A DNA stretch of 64,000 bases from Candidatus Omnitrophota bacterium (GTDB lineage Bacteria > Omnitrophota > Gorgyraeia > Zapsychrales > Zapsychraceae), in the NCBI GenBank assembly GCA_050250375.1, contig JBFWOS010000001.1, forward strand, positions 219,346 through 283,345. The letters run 5' to 3'. The translations under genes and the position numbers were made by a program. Position 1 is the first letter of the stretch; every line of letters starts with the position of its first letter. Under the pieces are notes generated by a model that saw nothing but the letters and a program-made list of their open reading frames with translations, was not told where the DNA came from and made no database searches. Shown here piece after piece: positions 39,090-48,996 of this stretch.

Positions 39090-39560
39090 ACGCTGGCGCT
39101 GAATGCGTTGAATGACCTCATTCAATTCCTGAAGAAAGGAAGACCGGTCACTCTTTTTAAACGGGGCGGGCCCTGCGGTGATTTCCCCTGAGTCACGAAG
39201 ATCCGCCATGAGATTGCGGGTCGCGACCGCGTCCCCGATATTGTCTTCCGTGAACGATTTTCCGGATGAGCCGATCACAAACGACCCCTTCTTTAAACAA
39301 CGGTCCGCCAATAAAACATCAATCGTAATCACGATGTCCTGCGGTTGGACCTGCCCGACAATCCAGTCATCGGCCTCGTCCAGATTTCCGCCGACAACCT
39401 TCAGGGCAACGGACGGATCTTCCGGCACCCGCATCCACGAATTGGCCACCAACGTAACGTTCAGTGAATACCGTTTGGCGACACGGAACACCTCTTCTTT
39501 CACCGGGCACGCGTCAGCATCGACAAAAATATGCAGCAAAACAAACTCCTCAGGGATCAA
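39081..39560 (-). CDS. YaiI/YqxD (UPF0178) family protein
   Basis: IFVDADACPVK, ADDWIV, DIVITID. Confidence 0.9.
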   Translation of the reverse strand: MIPEEFVLLHIFVDADACPVKEEVFRVAKRYSLNVTLVANSWMRVPEDPSVALKVVGGNLDEADDWIVGQVQPQDIVITIDVLLADRCLKKGSFVIGSSGKSFTEDNIGDAVATRNLMADLRDSGEITAGPAPFKKSDRSSFLQELNEVIQRIQRQRIR

Positions 39561-39703
39561 ATCCCTTCTTACTTAATCTGAATTTCCAATAGTTTACAAA
39601 CAAAAGGCGATATCCACAAGGAACAAAAAAGCCCTCAGGCATCGGCCTGAAGGCTTTTGAAAATGCCTCCCTAACGGTGATGAATTTTATATCCGGATTT
39701 AAT

Positions 39704-40279
39704 TCAGACCCTTACCGCTCCGCGGAATCCTCTGGCCGCGTAGTACGATTCCGCGCCATTGTGATAAACGAACACTGTATTGTAACGGCGGTCGCAAAAA
39801 AGGGCGCCGCCGAGTTTTCGGATATCCGCCGGTGTTTTCACCCAGCTCGATGTTTTTGTGTCGAACGTCCCGAGTTTCTGCAGGTCCCGGTATTGGTCTT
39901 CTGTTAAAAGCTCAAGCCCCATGCCCGATGCCATATCCATCGCGCTGTTTTTCGGTTTATGTTCTTTCCTGGATTCCAGCGCTTCGCGGTCATAACAAAG
40001 ACTTCTGCGGCCCTGCGGACTTTCCGCCGAACAATCAAAGAAGATGTATTCACCCGTCTTTTGATCATGACCGACCACATCCGGTTCACCGCCTGAACTT
40101 TCCATTTCATGGAGCGGCGACAGTTTTTCCGGATGAGCGTCCAGCCTTGCCCGCACTTTGGCCCATTCAAGACCCTTATGACGTCCCATATTTTTCTCAA
40201 AGCGGATTTTCAAACCGCTGAGCAGCTCTTCCCGCTGATCGGGTGACAATTTGATTTTTGATATCGTTTTTTTTGACAT
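39704..40279 (-). CDS. DUF4256 family protein
   Basis: SGGEPDVV, DTKTSSW, YHNGAESYYAARGFRG. Confidence 0.85.
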   Translation of the reverse strand: MSKKTISKIKLSPDQREELLSGLKIRFEKNMGRHKGLEWAKVRARLDAHPEKLSPLHEMESSGGEPDVVGHDQKTGEYIFFDCSAESPQGRRSLCYDREALESRKEHKPKNSAMDMASGMGLELLTEDQYRDLQKLGTFDTKTSSWVKTPADIRKLGGALFCDRRYNTVFVYHNGAESYYAARGFRGAVRV

Positions 40280-40300
40280 AGTTTTTGTTTGCTTTCAGGA

Positions 40301-40693
40301 TCAGGCCTTGTCCGGAAAGTCCTCAACATGAAACTCTCCCTTGCGGCCGTAATAAACGGCCTTTCTGCCGGTGAGAAATACAATGTACCGGGTCGTTCCC
40401 GCGGCCAAAATTCGGTTTAAGAATTCAACATAGTTAATCTCTTGTTTCTGAATGGCCTTGAGTGCCGCGACCACGGCCTCCCGGGAAAAATCCCGGGATA
40501 TGGCCGGCCCCTTAATCCCGAGTTTTTCGATATGGGTCTCGCCGTTTGGCATATAATATGTTTTTTCCATACGCACTAAATCGGCGTCATAGGACTCGAC
40601 CCCGATCGCTAAAAGGTCCCGCACGACTTCACCAAAGGTGATCGTTCCCTGCAGCGAACGGCTTGTTGCCTGCTGTATGACTTGCGTATCCAT
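40301..40693 (-). CDS. DUF1398-like protein
   Basis: ITFGEVVRDLLAIGVESY...YYGRKGEFHVE. Confidence 0.75.
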   Translation of the reverse strand: MDTQVIQQATSRSLQGTITFGEVVRDLLAIGVESYDADLVRMEKTYYMPNGETHIEKLGIKGPAISRDFSREAVVAALKAIQKQEINYVEFLNRILAAGTTRYIVFLTGRKAVYYGRKGEFHVEDFPDKA

Positions 40694-40736
40694 TCTTTGC
40701 TCCTTAGTTTAGATGAATAAGATAGGACGCTGTCCC

Positions 40737-41639
40737 CTATCTTACCGGTTCAACATGCGTAATCACATCAAGGATGTTCAGCCTGGCATCAAATAAAGCC
40801 TGCTTAACCGCATGACCAATGCGGTGGCCTTCTGTCACAGAGATTCCACCGTCAACCATGACATGAATTTCAATAAAAAAATATAAACCGCTTTTTCTTA
40901 TACGGCATTTCTCAATACCTATGACCCCAGCCACTGTTTTGGATATCCCTTTGACTTTTTCATCAAACTCAGGTGACACGGCGGCGTCCATCACATCCGC
41001 GACAGCGGCCCGCAGCAGCCTAAATCCATTAAAGAAAATCACGCCGCTGGCAAAAAGCGCGGCCCAATCATCGGCGCTTTCGTACCCTTTTCCGCCTATC
41101 AAAGAAACGGATATCCCAATAAACGCGGCTAAAGATGTTAACGCGTCTGACCGGCTATGCCAGGCATCGGCTTTGAGCGCGTTGCTGTCAATATCAGCGC
41201 CGGCCTTTAATAAAAACCGATACATCAGCTCCTTAATGAGAATAACGGCCACCAATACAAACAAGGTGAATGAAGCCGGCGCCTGATGGGGCGTTAAGAC
41301 TTCTTTAACGCTGTGAACGGCAATGCCCGCAGCGACGCCGATTAAGGTGGCTGAAACAATCATGGCGGCTAAGGATTCCGCCTTGCCGTGACCATACGGA
41401 TGATTATCATCCGGTGGACGAGCCCCTATTTTTAGACCCCCCCATACAACGGCGGATGAAAAAATATCCATCAGCGATTCAATCCCGTCAGTAATCAGCG
41501 CGTAACTGCTGCCCATGAATCCCGTGACAATTTTGACGGCCGCAAGCAGCATGTTAATCGAAACATTGATCAAGGCCATTTTCATCCCTCTTCCGGAACG
41601 ATGCGCGTTAATGTCGATTTGATCGGGATTGATGCCCAT
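40737..41639 (-). CDS. Cation diffusion facilitator (FieF-like)
   Basis: HPYGHGKAE, AWHSRSD, HVEP. Confidence 0.92.
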   Translation of the reverse strand: MGINPDQIDINAHRSGRGMKMALINVSINMLLAAVKIVTGFMGSSYALITDGIESLMDIFSSAVVWGGLKIGARPPDDNHPYGHGKAESLAAMIVSATLIGVAAGIAVHSVKEVLTPHQAPASFTLFVLVAVILIKELMYRFLLKAGADIDSNALKADAWHSRSDALTSLAAFIGISVSLIGGKGYESADDWAALFASGVIFFNGFRLLRAAVADVMDAAVSPEFDEKVKGISKTVAGVIGIEKCRIRKSGLYFFIEIHVMVDGGISVTEGHRIGHAVKQALFDARLNILDVITHVEPVR

Positions 41640-41725
41640 ATTTTCAAGACTTCCTCAAATAAAAACAATTTTAAGAAATAAAAATGGACCCTATTTCTTT
41701 ATTTTACTATTTCATTCGTTTCGCT

Positions 41726-42136
41726 CTAAAGCAACAATCCGATCCCCAGGACCATAAGCCCGTAAGTTAAAACGCCCGCTCCGATCATAATGAGGACGGC
41801 CAGTTTATTCGGTTTTTCGATATTCTTCCCGATCGCGGACGCGAAAAAACCGCCGCTGATCAGCATGGCGGCTAATGGAAAGGCCAGCCGTACACTCCAG
41901 CGTAACGGCGCGGAATAACCGGTGGCATCTGTTAAGATCTGGGCGATCAACGCCAGCATCACCAGGACCCCGGCGTGCGCGTGACCCGCCTTAAAAAAGT
42001 TTTTCTGAAACGGCGTCAATTGCAGATTCTGGTGTTTCCCCTGCCACAAACTCAATAAAAAGTATCCTCCGTATTCAATCGATACCATGGTTAACAAAAT
42101 AACACCGCACATCATTTTCGTTTCACCCGAGAGCAT
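41726..42136 (-). CDS. Four-TM hypothetical protein
   Basis: AGHAHAGV motif, TM helices. Confidence 0.7.
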   Translation of the reverse strand: MLSGETKMMCGVILLTMVSIEYGGYFLLSLWQGKHQNLQLTPFQKNFFKAGHAHAGVLVMLALIAQILTDATGYSAPLRWSVRLAFPLAAMLISGGFFASAIGKNIEKPNKLAVLIMIGAGVLTYGLMVLGIGLLL

Positions 42137-42243
42137 TGATCTTCTCCTTTTTTTTTAGATAGGGGACAGCGCCCTGCTAATCATTAACTTTATCTTGAGT
42201 GAAACAACCCGGAATTTGCAGCAAATAAAGGGCGGGATAAAAA

Positions 42244-42274
42244 AATAAGGTCCGGCACAATGGCCGGACCTTAT
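42244..42274 (-). terminator. Terminator of cold-shock gene
   Basis: ataaggtccggc-acaatg-gccggaccttat with U tract on minus strand. Confidence 0.8.
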
Positions 42275-42285
42275 CTGGATTAAAA

Positions 42286-42489
42286 TTAAACCTTTACGAC
42301 ATTCGTTGCTTGGGGACCTTTAGGACCTTCTCCGGTTTCGTACTCAACGGCGTCACCTTCGCTTAAAGACTTGAATCCTTCACCCTGAATTTCACTATGA
42401 TGAACAAAACAATCCTTGCTTCCATCATCGGGAGTTATGAATCCAAATCCCTTTTGGTCATTGAACCACTTTACTTTACCTCTTACCAT
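42286..42489 (-). CDS. cspA: Cold-shock protein
   Basis: [33 protein letters not shown]. Confidence 0.95.
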   Translation of the reverse strand: MVRGKVKWFNDQKGFGFITPDDGSKDCFVHHSEIQGEGFKSLSEGDAVEYETGEGPKGPQATNVVKV

Positions 42490-42684
42490 TTGTTTACCCT
42501 CCTTTCAATCAAACTTGAGTAAACAATGACGATTGAAAACAAATAACCACAAAAGACTTTTTCCATGTGTATTAAGATTTCACTTGTTAATTTACTCGTT
42601 CAATATTTTATATGCTTCCGGGGCTAAGTCAATAAATATAATAGATAGGGGACAGCGCCCTAACTCCTATAAAATGGACACAGA

Positions 42685-42736
42685 GTTAAGTTACGGAGGG
42701 TTGGGATGAATCATTTTCGCAAGCGGATGAATTTTG
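42685..42736. repeat. ~70-bp inter-cassette repeat, truncated copy
   Basis: gttaagttacggagggttgggatgaatcattttcgcaagcggatgaattttg. Confidence 0.85.
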
Positions 42737-42746
42737 TTACCGGATG

Positions 42747-43172
42747 CTACAACGGCCAGTCGCGCAAGATGCGCTCTGTTTCTTCTGAGTGCGCGCTTTC
42801 ATCCCGTATGATGTCTTCTAATTGGACAACCAATCCTTTGTCCCCAAACTTTTCAGCATCCAACGCGCGTTGAGTATAATTCTTTTTTGCCAAATTCTCT
42901 GCTTCCAAGACAGCCTCAAGCATAGCACGGTTGGATTTTGCTTCTTTGACAGGATTAGGTTTTGTTACCGGTTCTCCGCCCAAAGCCACAATTTTATTCG
43001 CGAGAAATTGCGCGTGTAACTGCTCATCAGCAACTTCCTGAAGAAAAAATTGGGCCAATTGCGGACGAAACGGGCCCGTTGCTTTAGCCGCATAAGAAAT
43101 GTATTGAATAATTGCGCTAAACTCGCCGGCCAGATCTTCATTAAGTTTATGAATCAAAGTTGCCTTATCCAT
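42747..43172 (-). CDS. Ferritin-like/bacterioferritin-like protein
   Basis: EFSAIIQY, DEQLHA, DESAH diiron motifs. Confidence 0.85.
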   Translation of the reverse strand: MDKATLIHKLNEDLAGEFSAIIQYISYAAKATGPFRPQLAQFFLQEVADEQLHAQFLANKIVALGGEPVTKPNPVKEAKSNRAMLEAVLEAENLAKKNYTQRALDAEKFGDKGLVVQLEDIIRDESAHSEETERILRDWPL

Positions 43173-43213
43173 GAATACCCTCCTCTTATTTGTATTTCAA
43201 TCATAACAAAAGA

Positions 43214-43281
43214 AAAAACCCTCTGCAATGTTAAGTTACAGAGGGTTGTGATGAATCATTTCCGCAAGCGGACGAGTTTTG
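43214..43281. repeat. ~70-bp inter-cassette repeat
   Basis: aaaaccctctgcaatgttaagttacagagggttgtgatgaatcatttccgcaagcggacgagttttg. Confidence 0.95.
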
Positions 43282-43312
43282 TATTTGGATAAACAATACC
43301 GGAACTAAAGAT

Positions 43313-44113
43313 CTATTTTCTGAACGGAACTCTTTTTCTTCTGAAGAACAAACCAGCGATTCCACTGCCGAACAAGGCCAGGGTTGCGGGTTCGGGATTG
43401 GTGGTTGTTTGAACGTCTCTCTCCTGGGCGAACACGATTGAAGCAGGCGAATCGGGAGCAAACGGCGAATCAGGAGATGTCGGCACGGTGATTGAAAAAA
43501 GCGCGCCTAGGTTTGGCGGATTAGGACTTTTAGGAACGTTCGGTGAAACGGGTGACTTCGGCAAATTCGGAGCATTTGGACTGTTCGGCGCGTTTGGAAC
43601 GATTGGTGAATTGGGAGCTATGGGCAATTTTGGCTTATTGGGCAATCCTTCTTCCGGAGGTAATCCGGTAGGTCGGATACTAGACAACCGGTCTATCAGA
43701 GCCTCATCCCAATTCGGATTAAAATCATCATGGATATTTGTAATACCAAAATAATATTCCAACGGCCATCGATGATATCCATGCGGTTCAAGATGCGTGA
43801 TTGTGTTTCCAACTGTGAACGGCAAAACCTGTGTACCTTCATTCAGCATTTCTCTCGACCACCAATTCAAATTCAGCTGGGTAGTCTCTTCAAAATTAAA
43901 TTCGCCCAAATAAAGGCTTAACCTGGAACCCAAGTCATTTGGATCAGCTTTTACCTGAAACCATAATTCTCCTTCTCCGAGAGCATCAAATGACAAATCT
44001 AAAGTATCCGTCTCCCCTGCCCTAAAAGTTAAATTATCAAGCGAAATTAAAGCCTGTGCTTTGGGACTGAATAAGACCAACATACCAACTGAAATTAAAA
44101 GTATTCGTTTCAT
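43313..44113 (-). CDS. PEP-CTERM protein with Pro/Asn/Ser repeat linker
   Basis: Signal peptide; NPEPATLALFGSGIAGLFFRRKR. Confidence 0.9.
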   Translation of the reverse strand: MKRILLISVGMLVLFSPKAQALISLDNLTFRAGETDTLDLSFDALGEGELWFQVKADPNDLGSRLSLYLGEFNFEETTQLNLNWWSREMLNEGTQVLPFTVGNTITHLEPHGYHRWPLEYYFGITNIHDDFNPNWDEALIDRLSSIRPTGLPPEEGLPNKPKLPIAPNSPIVPNAPNSPNAPNLPKSPVSPNVPKSPNPPNLGALFSITVPTSPDSPFAPDSPASIVFAQERDVQTTTNPEPATLALFGSGIAGLFFRRKRVPFRK

Positions 44114-44220
44114 AAATATTTTCTCTTTTTATTTAATTGAATTTATTTTAACCGCACCTGGTGCCCACAATAAGTTAAATGCTGTAATTTGTCAATACAC
44201 CAACATATGACAAACTATGA

Positions 44221-44294
44221 CAAACAAAAACCCTCTGCAACGTTAAGTTACAGAGGGTTATGATAAGTCTTTTCCGCAAGCGGACGAGTTTTGC
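44221..44294. repeat. ~70-bp inter-cassette repeat
   Basis: Near-identical to 43214-43281. Confidence 0.95.
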
Positions 44295-44446
44295 AGCTAT
44301 TTAAATTCAGAGGATCTAATATTTTTGTTGAATGAATTAAAATATTATCGTTTAAACCTCATTAATTCTAATTAATCATATCAAAACTCTTACAAAAACA
44401 GATACTACAAATCAAAACAAATCAGGACTAATAGCCCCTCTATTTT

Positions 44447-44815
44447 CTAAAATATTCTTTTAAGATGATATACAGCTAATCCGCACAAATAAGGCAAATA
44501 ATAAAGTGCCATGAATCCTGAATAAAGCAAAAGACCTTTCCACTTGCGAGACTTAAACAAATACCAAGGCAGCAACAAAAAACCAGCAGAAAACATAAAG
44601 TATCCATAATCATACACACTCGGATAATTTCGAATTGATCTATCAGTGACAGCCCACAAGGCTATCAGGCTACTTAAACTATACATATAAATACTGCCAA
44701 CATCAGCTGATACCATCTGTCCAAAACTAACAACGGCAATATTGTACACACAGTATATCAAACAGGTATACCATATATAACGGATGTTTGGATTTGAGGT
44801 CAGGCCAGATTCCAT
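44447..44815 (-). CDS. Small membrane protein
   Basis: Four hydrophobic segments; LPWYLFKSRKWKG. Confidence 0.65.
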   Translation of the reverse strand: MESGLTSNPNIRYIWYTCLIYCVYNIAVVSFGQMVSADVGSIYMYSLSSLIALWAVTDRSIRNYPSVYDYGYFMFSAGFLLLPWYLFKSRKWKGLLLYSGFMALYYLPYLCGLAVYHLKRIF

Positions 44816-44961
44816 TTTAGATTTTTTTATTTTGATGGGTCAGCATTTCAACATATCTGAAATAAATAAAGTCGTTTCTCACATCTCAAATATTTCTACA
44901 GTTTAGAATTAAATTCTAAGAATATGAGTCAGCACCATAATAGACAATTCCTATTCTATGC

Positions 44962-45034
44962 CAAACAAAAACCCTCTGCAATGTTAAGTTACAGAGGGTT
45001 GTGATGATCATTTCCGCAAGCGGACGAATTTTGC
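44962..45034. repeat. ~70-bp inter-cassette repeat
   Basis: Near-identical to 43214-43281. Confidence 0.95.
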
Positions 45035-45156
45035 AATTGACTGTTTTACCATGCTCCAGTTGCAGAAAACAAAAAATCAATATCTAGGGTTCTTCGAAAA
45101 AAAACTCGCTTCACTAACTCAAAAACTTGTTCTGAGCGAGCGAAGCGAGTCGAAGC

Positions 45157-45174
45157 ACTCCCCCGCGAGGACTC
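45157..45174. repeat. 18-bp duplicate of tRNA-Asn 3' end (att-like)
   Basis: actcccccgcgaggactc identical to 50770-50787. Confidence 0.85.
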
Positions 45175-45504
45175 CGGCCTACGGCCTAGAACCTGTCGTC
45201 GCTTCGCTCCTCCCCATAGGGGCTCTGCCCCTCTGGTGCTCCCCGCCAAAAATCTTGGCGGGTCGCTGTCACCCCGTTTTATTCATCCGAGTATCCTTGG
45301 GGGAACAATCTTCCCCCAAACCCCCTTTAGGTTCTCGTCTTTTAGGGGATCCCAATAAAAAAGCCCTCAGGCAAATACCTGAGGGCTTTCGAAAATGGCT
45401 CCCCGGTCGCCCCCAAAATCCGAACTTTTCGTATGAGGTCATTCTGGGCCTTACGAATGCCAAAAGTGGTGAACGATGGTTGGTTATCAATTAAGGGGTA
45501 ATTG

Positions 45505-45735
45505 CTATTCCGATGGCATATTCCAATACTCAATAATTTTTCCATCTGCTGCTTTACAGACCCATGCGATATTTCCTGAAGAGGTTACGGTTGTCAACAC
45601 ACCATGCCAGCTTTCACATAAAGGTTTTAAATATTCAGGAGAATCTTTTTTTGGGCGTTCCCGGTCTCGCTCTTCATCGGACTTAGTTCTCAATTTACCA
45701 GTTGATGCATCGAAAGACATTTCACTGTCCTCCAC
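45505..45735 (-). CDS. Small hypothetical protein or gene fragment
   Basis: Short ORF only. Confidence 0.35.
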   Translation of the reverse strand: MEDSEMSFDASTGKLRTKSDEERDRERPKKDSPEYLKPLCESWHGVLTTVTSSGNIAWVCKAADGKIIEYWNMPSE

Positions 45736-46015
45736 AGTAACAACATCAAATGCATACGCATCAATCCCAATGGCGCGAAACCCCTTCAGATTTTCCTTTG
45801 GAAAGTTGTGCCAATTCCAATAAAGCTTTAATTACTTGTAAACTCGTTTTCGAAATCATAATAGGATATCCAGATGTGATTATCTAATATCCCACATCTC
45901 TCAGTAGAAGCAAATCGTGGAAACTACCTAAATAGTGCGTAGAATTACGTAGGACACCATTGAAAATCACTAATCATCAACAAACTCAATTGTACCGGGG
46001 ATATTTAGTAAAAAA

Positions 46016-47779
46016 TTATTTCCAAATTGATTCTCTCTTATTCTCTTCCTCCATACGGCGCATCCATGCCATAAAAACACTTGGCCGTCCCAAATAACCG
46101 ATAATGCGGGTAGGATCTTTTCGACTGACAACCAGAAGGCGTCCTACATTCTGACGCAGCATTTTATGAACAGCATCTCGGACAATTTCATCAGGGTAGA
46201 CTAGAATCAAATCCTTATTACCAGCTTCTAGGACTGTCGTGTTCGATCCTTGGCTCAAGTTACGCAAAACATCTTCCCGACTAATTACACCTACCAAGCG
46301 TTGATCTTCATCCACGATGGGTACAGCACGATGCTTTGTCAAACCCGGATCGCCATTAACAATAAACTCTGCGAGTTCAGAAACTTTCATCGTCGATCTA
46401 ATTGTTTGAACATCCCGATCCATAACATCTCCAACCTTGGCCAATTCTAATGGATCAATACTGTACTCTCTAGTAATGTGGTGCCCCCGGCGGGCAACTT
46501 TTTCTGTCAAGATAGATCGTCGCATAACCAAGACTGTAAAAATATACGCAACAATGCAACCAACCAACAAAGCCGGCATTAAATTAAAATCATGAGTTAG
46601 TTCTACCGTAAAAAGAATAGCGGTCAAAGGTGAACGCATTGTTCCACCCATGACAGCAGCCATGCTGATCATTGCCCACAAACTGCTATCTCCAATTGAA
46701 AGCCACTGAGATTCAAATGCACCCAATGCACCACCGATAATTAAAAGAGGAGCTAGAACTCCTCCAGAAGTTCCTGAACCTAAAGCCACTGCCCACACTA
46801 CAGCTTTAACCAGTAATAAGGTAACTAATGCTACCCCGGCCAAATGTCCTTGCAACAAATCACGTATTACATCATATCCTACACCAAATACTCTAGGCTC
46901 AATTAGCCCGCCTAAACCCACAAAAAGACCGCCAATAGCTGGCCACCACATCCAATGAATAGGGAGCTTCTTAAATAAATCTTCGAATGTATATACCAGT
47001 GTTGTGAGCAACCATGATCCTAAGCCAGCAAATATTCCTACCATGACCGCGATGGCTAGTCCTTCCCAACCTAACGCTTCATGCGGCGCCACAGGAAATA
47101 TCGGCCCCACACCTAATAATTTAATCCGCACGGTTCCAGCAACGATGGAGGCAATGGCAACGGGTATAAAACTGCGAGGCTTCCATTCAAATAATAATAA
47201 TTCCACAGCAAGCAGTACCGCCGCAATAGGAGTAGCAAAAATTGCCGACATCCCTGCTGCGGCGCCTGCAACCAGAAGAGTTTTACGTTCCGCAGCTGAT
47301 AAATGAAAAAGTTGAGCAAACAAAGAACCAAATGCGCCGCCTGTCATAATAATCGGGCCTTCAGCACCAAATGGTCCTCCGGTTCCGATAGAAATTGCGG
47401 AAGAAATGGGTTTTAATACAGCTACTTTAGGTTCCATACGGCTGCCGCCGATTAAAATCGCTTCCAATGCCTCAGGAATTCCATGCCCACGAATTTTCTC
47501 CGAACCGTATTTTGCCATCAAACCAATTAACAATCCGCCGATAGCAGGTATAAAAACGACTAGAAAACCAAGATGATGTTGAGAAGGTGAAGAAAATACG
47601 CTGGACAAATGTTGATAAAAAGCCAGGTTAGTAATAATTCTAATCAACCAAATAAGGGCATAGGCGATAAAAGCACTCATCACTCCTATAACAAATGCCA
47701 ATGAAGCCAGTTTTAGTATAATCAAATCTCGACTAAAGTCAGCCAAACGATCTTTACCGTGAGAAAACTTTTTATCCAT
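46016..47779 (-). CDS. ClC chloride/fluoride channel-transporter with CBS pair
   Basis: GHGIPE, GAEGP, GGVLAP; CBS domains; likely start MDKK. Confidence 0.92.
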   Translation of the reverse strand: MDKKFSHGKDRLADFSRDLIILKLASLAFVIGVMSAFIAYALIWLIRIITNLAFYQHLSSVFSSPSQHHLGFLVVFIPAIGGLLIGLMAKYGSEKIRGHGIPEALEAILIGGSRMEPKVAVLKPISSAISIGTGGPFGAEGPIIMTGGAFGSLFAQLFHLSAAERKTLLVAGAAAGMSAIFATPIAAVLLAVELLLFEWKPRSFIPVAIASIVAGTVRIKLLGVGPIFPVAPHEALGWEGLAIAVMVGIFAGLGSWLLTTLVYTFEDLFKKLPIHWMWWPAIGGLFVGLGGLIEPRVFGVGYDVIRDLLQGHLAGVALVTLLLVKAVVWAVALGSGTSGGVLAPLLIIGGALGAFESQWLSIGDSSLWAMISMAAVMGGTMRSPLTAILFTVELTHDFNLMPALLVGCIVAYIFTVLVMRRSILTEKVARRGHHITREYSIDPLELAKVGDVMDRDVQTIRSTMKVSELAEFIVNGDPGLTKHRAVPIVDEDQRLVGVISREDVLRNLSQGSNTTVLEAGNKDLILVYPDEIVRDAVHKMLRQNVGRLLVVSRKDPTRIIGYLGRPSVFMAWMRRMEEENKRESIWK

Positions 47780-47786
47780 ATATGCG

Positions 47787-48266
47787 TTACTTTCCACTCT
47801 CAATCGCAAGACTTCTGCCAAGTCGATGAGTTTTGACTATATTTTTTAAAAATTTAACCAGCTTGTCCTTTTCAAGTTCAGAGAAATTTCCAAAAAAATG
47901 TTTATCATTGTTATCGGCAATCTGAGCAAGCTGAGGAACAAGTCTTTCACCTTTGCTCGTTAGTTTGATTTCTTGACAACGACGATCTGTAGTTGATTCA
48001 TCTCTGACAACCAACCCCTTTTTCAATAAACGACTTATTAATTTCGAAATTGCTCCCTTTGTGAGCCCTGCATTTACCGCAACAACTCCCGGGGAAGTTT
48101 CTACTGTTTCATACATTTGGCGAAGAATAATCCATTCCGCAACAGTTACATTACTCACCTCTAATTTCTTACTAAAAGAATGAGCGACATTATTAGAAAC
48201 GTAACGAAGCCAATACCCTATATGATCTTCTGGAGCGCTGACCTTATTTATTCTCTCATTTTTCAT
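47787..48266 (-). CDS. MarR family regulator
   Basis: GLTKGAISKLISRLLKKGLV...DRR...LTSKG. Confidence 0.9.
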   Translation of the reverse strand: MKNERINKVSAPEDHIGYWLRYVSNNVAHSFSKKLEVSNVTVAEWIILRQMYETVETSPGVVAVNAGLTKGAISKLISRLLKKGLVVRDESTTDRRCQEIKLTSKGERLVPQLAQIADNNDKHFFGNFSELEKDKLVKFLKNIVKTHRLGRSLAIESGK

Positions 48267-48540
48267 AACATGAATTATAGTTTACTAGGAAACTATTGTC
48301 AAGATTAGCGAAGCTTTTAGTGGATCCAACCTGTAAATACAATCTCGCGCTCAAGAAAATCGTTTCTCAAAACCGCCACTAGGCTCGATCTTTCCGTTTT
48401 GTGTTAACTGAGGGTGTTCGCTAGAGTTAAGCGATCGGTTCAAATAAAAATGGCCGCTGTAAGTAACTGAATTTCAGTCATTTACAGCGGCCTAAAAACT
48501 CCCCGGTCGAGATACTCAGCGCACCAGCAATCGCTTAATC

Positions 48541-48984
48541 TTGCACATGCCAATTCATCTTATTTTCAATGGTAACAAAGCATTAGACATCGTTGAAGGT
48601 CAAGCGCCCTACGGGATTTCGACCTGTGAGCGCGTCACAAAAGCCATTCTGCAGCGATATAAACCGGTTATTTGTAAACCAAATCCTATCACGACCGCCC
48701 TGAAATATAAAAGAATTTATAACGAAGCTGAATATCAATCAATGGAAAAAGTCGCGCAAGAATTTGGTGTTTCGCGCGTCAGAATTCATCAAATGCTGAA
48801 TCTACTCAAACTGGATCAGCGCATTATTGATTACATCGTTGGCATCACAGAAGCGAGACAAAATAACTACTGGACGGAACGAAGGTTACGCGGAATCGCT
48901 CAATTACCGGTCACGGAGCAGTACTGCCGATTTGAAACGATACTAAAGAAAGACATCCTGAAAATCAAAAACAGTAACCGCTAA
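48541..48984 (+). CDS. HTH (ParB-like) protein typical of mobile-element ends
   Basis: VAQEFGVSRVRIHQMLNLLKL...TERRLR. Confidence 0.6.
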   Translation: MHMPIHLIFNGNKALDIVEGQAPYGISTCERVTKAILQRYKPVICKPNPITTALKYKRIYNEAEYQSMEKVAQEFGVSRVRIHQMLNLLKLDQRIIDYIVGITEARQNNYWTERRLRGIAQLPVTEQYCRFETILKKDILKIKNSNR

Positions 48985-48996
48985 ACTCTATCAAAG

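Noticed and set aside
44160-44180. dif-like ggtgcccacaa-taagttaaat
   Set aside because: Resembles XerC/XerD arms but lacks the 6-bp central spacer.
42685-45034. Four ~70-bp repeats as a CRISPR array
   Set aside because: Spacers are 480-940 bp and contain whole genes; no cas genes present.
45046-45545. Several overlapping ORFs in the hairpin cluster
   Set aside because: No recognisable domains; better explained as non-coding att and hairpin sequence.
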